From the IMG/VR virus record IMGVR_UViG_3300021254_000025, positions 44,944-108,943 of that record: 64,000 bases of DNA. The stretch is one strand, 5' to 3'. This DNA is from a virus (taxonomy: Duplodnaviria; Caudoviricetes). Position numbers and translations under genes: made by a program. Shown here piece by piece: positions 57,901-64,000 of this stretch. The stretch's first letter is position 1, and each line of letters opens with the position of its first letter. The notes under the pieces are model-generated. The model did no database searches and was not told the origin of the DNA. It was given only the letters and a program-made list of their open reading frames with translations.

Positions 57901-59719
57901 TAATAGTAATTCCCTGTCAGACATTCTACTTTACCTCATTGTCTTTTCCTGTTGTTGTGTCTACTGAATAACAGCTTCCTTCCGGATGCTCAATGGCATA
58001 TTTATATCCATCAATAAAATCAGGCGTATCCTTTTTATGAACAAAAACATCGCCTTGACCATACCGCCATCCTTTGTGCCAATCATCCGATTTAGATGTC
58101 CACTCGTCATTCGTCATTTACACTTCACCGATCTTCCACTTTAGCTTTTACGGTTTCAACCATGCCAACAAATGCCACCGTTTCAGCCATACCGCCAATC
58201 GGAATGCCACTGTTAATATTGTCATATTTTTCAAGCGCTTCGGCTACATATTCAGAACCGATATTCTTTTCAACCCATTTGGCAAGTTCAGACCGTAAAT
58301 TGTAGCGTTTTCGTTTTGACTTTTTAAACAATTTCATTTTTCCGTATTGTTTCCTTTCTCTATTAATTCGCAAAGAGTGTGCTGTGTTCCGACAAGAATT
58401 GCGATTTGACTTCGTAAATCATGAATTAAGCCGAGAGCATCATCCAATACTTCCCAGACTTTGTAATCAACAGTATCCTGTTCCGGTCTGTTCTGTAAAA
58501 GGTCTTTTGCGTATTCAATATCTTTAATAATTTTGTTGCAATCCGTCATTCACTTTACCGCCTTTTTACCATTTTAATGGGATTTTGTTTGTTCCTGCTG
58601 TTGGTGTGGATTTTGCTTCCTGTTCTTTCATGCACTCATATGCGTCAGCCATAAGTTTACGCATGCAAGTCGGTCTTCCAAGCCTGTAAGGACAAATAGC
58701 AGAGCAATCGTCTTCTTTTCCGCATATCTTAAGCCAAAACATAACCTTTTCCTTGTTCATTCAGTTCACCTTCTTTTGTTTTTTCCATTGCCATCTGTCT
58801 TAAAGTGTCCCCAAAATAAATTGAATAGCATTTATTTTTTCTTCTTTTGTCATAGTTGATACTATTTCTTCAATTCTTCGCCTGTCTTTTGCTTCAGCAT
58901 CTGTAACTTCTCCAAGGAAATGTGTAATAGCATCTTCGTGCTTTGATGGAATTTTTGATACGCCGGAAAGCCACTTTGAAACCATGCTTCTCGAAACACC
59001 AATACGATTGGCTAATTCAGATGGTCTTAATCCTTTCAACACTAAGGAATACCGCAAGTCTTTGCCTGTCATTTCGGCTTCACCGCCTTTCCCCATCAGC
59101 GCAGTACCAATCCGAGTTGCTCACTGTAATTCCTGTTTTCGCGCAATATGTCATTATCATGTTTGTGCCCGGATAAACTGTGTTTATTTTATAGTGTTTG
59201 CAATCCTTGCACCTGACTACAGGAACTGCATCCTTGCTAAAACCATTTATAAATCCTATAAGTTTTTCTATTTTCGCTTCCTGTTCCTTCAGCAGCTCGT
59301 AAACATCTTTAATCAAAGCATGTTTGCAATCATATGGAATATCTTTATAAGAGCACTCTCCGCACAGGTTTGTATTATCAGGACGCAAACAGTACTCGAT
59401 GTCTTTCATTACTTTATCCTTATTAATCATCCCACTTCACCGCCCTTCCGCAGCTTGGGCAGTAATTGTAATAAGTCATTATTTCTGTTTCTTTGCATTT
59501 TCCACAGTAATAGCATCTATCTTCTATGCTTAATCTTGGCTTAACCGCTTTCTTCTCTTTTAATAGTTCACACATTTCATCAAACATTGGTTCTGAAATA
59601 TAGTAAAATATTCTTGAAGTAAAGAGATCTTCTTCGGCAGTTGATTTAACCCTTTTGATAAAATCATCTATTTTCGTTGCCATATTCAACAAATCCTTTC
59701 CATTTCTGATTGTAAACAT
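54889..59719 (-). other. Dense array of about 20 small ORFs, many Zn-ribbon or LKEQEA-family (e.g. 54889-55149, 55142-55459, 55614-55805, 55812-55964, 55971-56162, 56159-56524, 56515-56838, 56978-57250, 57237-57638, 57646-57924, 57926-58117, 58334-58549, 58566-58760, 59080-59430, 59423-59719)
   Basis: Abutting or overlapping minus-strand ORFs sharing N-terminal (D/N)REK/VI..LE, internal LKEQEA and C-terminal CxxCG..VKW motifs. Confidence 0.75.
58800..59072 (-). CDS. XRE/Cro-family helix-turn-helix protein
   Basis: LR......GL...ELA.RIGVSRS.VSKW.SG...IP; start follows the junction motif. Confidence 0.8.
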   Translation of the reverse strand: MTGKDLRYSLVLKGLRPSELANRIGVSRSMVSKWLSGVSKIPSKHEDAITHFLGEVTDAEAKDRRRIEEIVSTMTKEEKINAIQFILGTL

Positions 59720-59872
59720 ACGTCATTCGGACAAGTAATACGCCATTTTTTATCTGGTTCATTGCAAGAGTCTGATTTTTTACAATATGTACAGATCGGA
59801 ACATAATCTTTTGTCGATGTTCTTCTGTTAATGTATATGGCTCGATTGATAATCTCTGTTTTCATCGGTATT

Positions 59873-60298
59873 TTAATCCTCCGTAGCAAGAACATTCTGC
59901 ATTTCGTATTCTGGGCACCAGTCATCCCAAACAACAGCGATGGTTTTACGCGCTGAACATCCAGCATAACCTTTTGCATCAAACTTACCTTTATAATACT
60001 TGCAATGATTGCATTGTGGTTTGTAATATGGCTTATTATTGTATGTTTTTACTATTCGATTGTCGTACGGTAATGAAGTCGGAATTACAATATTTTCAAA
60101 ACGTTTTCCGCAAAATGGGCAATGTGATGGTGTAATTGTGTAATTTCTACATACCAAAAATGGTTTATCCTCTGTAAATTCTTCAATTCCTTCCTCATAA
60201 TTAATGAGAAGATTAAGCTGTTTTTCACAAGAACTGCATGTTGGTTTAAATATTATTTCAGCCGGAATACAAGATTGATTAGTTTTAATAGCGTCCAT
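59873..60298 (-). CDS. Multi-Zn-ribbon hypothetical protein
   Basis: CSSC...CPFCG...CNHC..Y...C...WC. Confidence 0.65.
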   Translation of the reverse strand: MDAIKTNQSCIPAEIIFKPTCSSCEKQLNLLINYEEGIEEFTEDKPFLVCRNYTITPSHCPFCGKRFENIVIPTSLPYDNRIVKTYNNKPYYKPQCNHCKYYKGKFDAKGYAGCSARKTIAVVWDDWCPEYEMQNVLATED

Positions 60299-60303
60299 TA
60301 TGG

Positions 60304-60528
60304 TTACCCTCCAATAATAGGGCCAGTTCTTTCCTTCTTTTTCTTAAGAATATAATTGTCGCAGCAGTATTCGCTGTCATTAGTGTTCTCATGCCATTCG
60401 ACTTTATCATCAACGTCGATTCTCGCAGTACAGACGTATCCATCAAGAAAGGTACATTGTGCTCCACCAGGAAACAATTCAACTTTTTCGACTTCATGGT
60501 GATAGGCACAGGTTTTACAGTTTTTCAT
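60304..60528 (-). CDS. Small Cys-rich protein
   Basis: MKNCKTC.Y...C...CC..Y; preceded by the junction motif. Confidence 0.6.
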   Translation of the reverse strand: MKNCKTCAYHHEVEKVELFPGGAQCTFLDGYVCTARIDVDDKVEWHENTNDSEYCCDNYILKKKKERTGPIIGG

Positions 60529-60543
60529 TTATTTCACCTCATT

Positions 60544-60981
60544 TTATTGCCTTATTGGAAATGTCCCATACATGTTGGAATAATAGAACTGTCTTGCAGA
60601 TTGCTGATTAATCTCTATCGCCATTAATCGTTCTTGAATGAGCTGCATTTCAAGGTCATGAATTTTCAGATCAATTCTTATTTTTATCTTTTCTTCATCT
60701 GTAGGCTCTGAATCCAAATGATAGTATTTCCTTAGTATTTCATTCTCATCCGTGAGTTGTTTAATGGTTTCATGGCACGATTTCAAATCCGCAAGATCTT
60801 TTGCCGTCTTTGCCTGGTCATCAGCTCGTTCTTTTAGCGATTCATAATATTCATTCTCTCGTTTTTTAAGCTTTTGTTTCAACCCATCGATCTCGTTTTT
60901 TAAAATTTTACTTGCTATCTTCTTTAATATCATTCTGCTTCCATCCTTTTTTCTATACGTATTATCTATAAGGACATACAT
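60544..60981 (-). CDS. Coiled-coil hypothetical protein
   Basis: Heptad-rich ORF; true start possibly at MILKK. Confidence 0.6.
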   Translation of the reverse strand: MYVLIDNTYRKKDGSRMILKKIASKILKNEIDGLKQKLKKRENEYYESLKERADDQAKTAKDLADLKSCHETIKQLTDENEILRKYYHLDSEPTDEEKIKIRIDLKIHDLEMQLIQERLMAIEINQQSARQFYYSNMYGTFPIRQ

Positions 60982-61432
60982 TTTCGCATTCTGACATACA
61001 ATAATCGCTTCCTAATCCATAGCAAACGCTTTTCTTTGTATTAGTTTTTGTAGACTGTTCGGCGTTTTTCTTTTCCTCTGTTCTTTTTTCTACACAATTT
61101 CTTATAATTTTGCTTGCTTCTGCGTTGCTAATATATTTGTCGCATCCTTCGCATGGACAATAACCCCACTTAATTTTTGATTGTGTACAATATCTTATGG
61201 TTGCGCCCATGTCTTTTGTTTCTTCATAAAAATAACAATCTTCTTTGTATTTTGGTCGGTTAAAGTCAAGTCCGCAACCATAAATCATATATGGTTCACA
61301 CGTATACTTTGGTTCTATAGAATCTTCAGTCTTTTTGTTTGTACGTGAGTTATGCACGGCATCTTCTAAATCCCATTCATAATTTTCTGGCACATCTTCA
61401 TTTTCAAATAAATGTCTTTCTGTCAAACCCAT
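60962..61432 (-). CDS. Cys-containing hypothetical protein
   Basis: 156-aa ORF with an AGAAGGT RBS. Confidence 0.6.
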   Translation of the reverse strand: MGLTERHLFENEDVPENYEWDLEDAVHNSRTNKKTEDSIEPKYTCEPYMIYGCGLDFNRPKYKEDCYFYEETKDMGATIRYCTQSKIKWGYCPCEGCDKYISNAEASKIIRNCVEKRTEEKKNAEQSTKTNTKKSVCYGLGSDYCMSECENVCPYR

Positions 61433-61471
61433 CCAATTACACCTTCTTTCCGCGCATTCTGCAGACTTTTA

Positions 61472-61849
61472 TTAGATGCCCTTAATGGCGTGAACAATAT
61501 AATCAACCACGTCTTTCACTTGCTGAACGGACCAATTAACGTTATCAAAAGTAGCAGTTTTCGCAATTAGAATCTCTATGCTAGTCGTCCTTCCAGGAAT
61601 AAAGATTGATGCTGTAATCAGAACAAAACCAACAATCCCAGTGACGATTGCCCAGGTTTTACACACTTTCATATAAACTTCGTTATCTTCGTAACCATTT
61701 TTCGCTTCACTTGCGTTATATATCCATCCAGCAACCAGACATATAAACGCTGTTACGAGCACTCCTCCAATTATAGCAATTACGGTTTGCAGAATACTAA
61801 GGACATTAATCCAGTAAAACACCTGCGGATTAATTACATAATTTTCCAT
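61472..61849 (-). CDS. Membrane protein (two TM segments)
   Basis: INP..FYW plus two hydrophobic helices; IFIP..T motif. Confidence 0.7.
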   Translation of the reverse strand: MENYVINPQVFYWINVLSILQTVIAIIGGVLVTAFICLVAGWIYNASEAKNGYEDNEVYMKVCKTWAIVTGIVGFVLITASIFIPGRTTSIEILIAKTATFDNVNWSVQQVKDVVDYIVHAIKGI

Positions 61850-62024
61850 TTGTTTTATTCCTTTTCTTTTAACATCGCATATATTTGGTAAATGTGTTTT
61901 GCGTTATATCCTATTCCTTTTGTTATCTCTGTTAAAGCTTTAATATCTTGTTGGTTATGATATGTTCCAAGCGCAGCATACGTAGACATAACTGTGACCA
62001 ATACAATCAAAATGACTACTGCTA

Positions 62025-62337
62025 TCATTTCACTTCACCATCTCCCTGTATATTATGCCTTTCCATCCTCGTTCCACAGTGTGGGCAGAAATATGAAAAC
62101 TTCTTTTTAAACGGATAGTTATCAAACACTTTTGTATGACACTCTGAACAATAAACGCCAGCATTAGAACAGTTTTTAAGTACAATCCAATGCCCAATCC
62201 TCTGCTCTTTCAGCACGGAAATAATCTTTTTTGCTTGTTCCTGTGTCAGCGAAAGTGTTTCGTCAGCATCAGCGTATTTCTGCAAATCATCAAGTTGAAT
62301 TTCCAATCCTTGAATAATCTTCTCTTTATCGTTCATT
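62025..62337 (-). CDS. LKEQ-family Zn-ribbon protein
   Basis: MNDKEKIIQGLE...VLKEQR.GHW...CSEC...FCPHCGTRM; start follows AAGGAAGG. Confidence 0.65.
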
Positions 62338-62670
62338 TTTGTCCTTCCTTTTTCCAGAGGCGCAAAACCAATCTTTATCTGTTTTTGCGCTGACACATGG
62401 AATCCATCGTGATGTCTGACCCTGATCTTTCCAGAATATACAGTCTTTGCATCGAACTATTTCAGGTCGTTCTTTTATCGATGAAATAGCATCACGTAAT
62501 ACGTCAGATACTTTTACTCGTAAAGAAACTTGTCCCTCGCCATATTGACCTTCTTTGAAAACAATATCAAAATCTGTATCTTCGTATTGTTCCTTTAATA
62601 AATGTAATCCATTGCATATTGCATTTTGCGTTAACATAATTTCTTTATCTACTTTCATACTATTACACAT
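62326..62670 (-). CDS. LKEQ-family protein with a VRCKDC module
   Basis: LLKEQ...IVRCKDC...DWFCA.G.RK; same C-terminal module as the 59080 gene. Confidence 0.65.
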   Translation of the reverse strand: MCNSMKVDKEIMLTQNAICNGLHLLKEQYEDTDFDIVFKEGQYGEGQVSLRVKVSDVLRDAISSIKERPEIVRCKDCIFWKDQGQTSRWIPCVSAKTDKDWFCASGKRKDKNER

Positions 62671-62880
62671 CCAATTATTAAATCACAATTATTAAACCGC
62701 TTTTGTATCCTTGTTTCATGCAACTTTCCAGTAATCTTTGGCCGCATTTTCTCCATCTGGACTTTTTATATGCTTTTCGATAGATGCTCCACTGAACATT
62801 TCCGTGTTCATCAAATTTAATTGTCATTCTTTTAAACCTTCTCTTTCAAGAAATTTTCGGATACTATTTCCTTAATGTTT

Positions 62881-63342
62881 TTATTTCTCTTCTGCATACC
62901 GATCTGTTGCGAAGCGCACATTAAAATGTTTGTCTTCATTACCCCAGCGGAACATAAAGTCAATCTCAACGCTATCTCCATCACGGCACCATAAATTCGG
63001 ATCATCACGAACAGCTTGCGGCATAGAGTTCAGGTCGTGCGTTGCCTGGTAAATCCAGTGATCATACGTGCTCTTGTTCTTGCAGCGAATTACAATGTCC
63101 GCAACACGTATGCCAATAAACCGGGTATCGATACCAACCCAATATGTCCAGCTGCCATCATCGTTCAGCCCCTCGAATCCGTGAACGTTAGCGTACATTC
63201 CAACAGATTTCTGTGATGCGTTAACATATTCATCACAAATATGATTAACCCAATATGTTTGTTCTGTTGATTCCAAGCCTTTGTTGCTAAACAGTTTTTT
63301 TATCCATTCGGCAAACCTTTTAAAAATGGAAATAATCCCCAT
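62881..63342 (-). CDS. Hypothetical protein
   Basis: 153-aa ORF with an AAAGGAG RBS. Confidence 0.65.
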   Translation of the reverse strand: MGIISIFKRFAEWIKKLFSNKGLESTEQTYWVNHICDEYVNASQKSVGMYANVHGFEGLNDDGSWTYWVGIDTRFIGIRVADIVIRCKNKSTYDHWIYQATHDLNSMPQAVRDDPNLWCRDGDSVEIDFMFRWGNEDKHFNVRFATDRYAEEK

Positions 63343-63382
63343 AATAACAGCTCCTTTTTAGCTATTTGTTTATTGCTCTGTT

Positions 63383-63682
63383 TCAGTCGTCATCAGATGT
63401 TAAAAGACTAATTAAGCTTTCACAGTATTCTTCATAACTATTATGTCTATAAAGAAGCATTTTATTCTTAAGTTCTTCCAGCGCTTCTTCGAATTTCTGT
63501 GTATCTTTGTTCTTAATCTCACAAATAATAATTCTGTATTCCTCTCCCTCTTTAACAAGTTCCTGTATAAATTTGACGGGGATTTTACGTTTATAAAACA
63601 ATGAATCGGCGAGGTATTCGCTTGTATCAATGTATGCGTATTTTGTTTTTCTAAGTCCTTTAAAGCTCAAATAATTATTCAA
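63383..63682 (-). CDS. Hypothetical protein
   Basis: TTG start downstream of GGAGG. Confidence 0.6.
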   Translation of the reverse strand: MNNYLSFKGLRKTKYAYIDTSEYLADSLFYKRKIPVKFIQELVKEGEEYRIIICEIKNKDTQKFEEALEELKNKMLLYRHNSYEEYCESLISLLTSDDD

Positions 63683-63735
63683 AATTGTACCTCCATATTT
63701 TTATTTATGTAAATTATATTTTATCAAATACAAGT

Positions 63736-63760
63736 AGGCCCCGCCATAACGACGGGGCCT
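63736..63760 (-). terminator. Hairpin terminator downstream of the HU gene
   Basis: AGGCCCCG-loop-CGGGGCCT; followed on the minus strand by ACTTGTATTT. Confidence 0.6.
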
Positions 63761-63785
63761 TTATCCAGCCATAACCTAATTAATC

Positions 63786-64000
63786 TTACTTGTTAACAGC
63801 GTCTTTGAAAGCCTTACCAGCTTTGAAAGCAGGAGCACGCTTTGCGGCAACCTTCATAGCTTCGCCAGTCTGAGGATTACGAGCAGTACGTGCAGCACGC
63901 TCACGAGTTTCAAAGGTACCAAATCCGATTATCTGAACCTTATCCCCCTCAACAAGCGCATCAGAAACAGTCTCAATAAACGAATTAAGAAATCTTTCGG
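63786..64000 (-). CDS. hup: HU-family DNA-binding protein (5'-truncated; not in the ORF track)
   Basis: Manual translation: ...[58 protein letters not shown]. Confidence 0.93.
   Translation of the reverse strand, partial: ERFLNSFIETVSDALVEGDKVQIIGFGTFETRERAARTARNPQTGEAMKVAAKRAPAFKAGKAFKDAVNK

Larger units (their letters stand above)
54905..62039 (-). repeat. Dispersed gene-junction motif, minus-strand consensus GGT(G/A)AAGTG(2-4 nt)ATG, 19 copies
   Basis: Plus-strand cores (CACTTCACC or variants) start at 54905, 55152, 55461, 55610, 55808, 55967, 56166, 56522, 56985, 57253, 57642, 57927, 58121, 58551, 58762, 59076, 59433, 60530 and 62031. Each lies just upstream of a start codon. Confidence 0.85.

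Noticed and set aside
54905-62039. CRISPR array or classical integron attC array
   Set aside because: The repeats are short (~9-16 nt), degenerate, non-palindromic and separated by whole ORFs of variable length; no integrase is visible.
51300-63216. Plus-strand ORFs in the right-hand region (e.g. 57405-57893, 58984-59544)
   Set aside because: They are antisense to a tightly packed minus-strand gene run with good RBSs.
1-64000. Stop-codon reassignment, as seen in some large gut phages
   Set aside because: Standard-code translation gives very long uninterrupted ORFs and near-complete coding density.

Overview
This is a 64-kb segment of a large tailed (siphovirus-like) phage genome, probably infecting a Firmicutes/Clostridia host (inferred from AAGGAG/GGAGG ribosome-binding sites, SH3b-bearing lysins and a Dit/Tal-type tail). 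Bases 1-51,023 (+ strand) are the virion and lysis region. They hold a 5'-truncated tape-measure polyprotein of >4,350 aa, Dit, Tal, a large set of fibre/adaptor genes (seven His-rich needle paralogues, a 2,353-aa CotH-like protein, a repeat-built adhesin), an orphan six-gene set, and a holin/endolysin cluster. After a convergent double terminator, bases 51,087-64,000 (- strand) carry thyX, a Pth2-like gene, a tRNA-like ncRNA, a dense array of small ORFs (many Zn-ribbon), an XRE HTH gene and a partial HU gene. Most notable: (1) the tape-measure protein has an RNA-polymerase beta'-type catalytic signature (RxP...DADFDGD) followed by a PD-(D/E)XK nuclease domain, suggesting an injected RNAP-nuclease-ruler polyprotein; (2) 19 small genes are joined by one junction motif (GGTGAAGTG..ATG) read in all three frames, and many also share an internal LKEQEA linker, suggesting gene and domain shuffling; (3) a 148-nt tRNA-like RNA with an expanded anticodon domain is flanked by an 11-bp direct repeat; (4) N- and C-terminal peptides recur across the fibre genes and may act as docking motifs. 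All calls come from reading motifs by eye; no searches were run.
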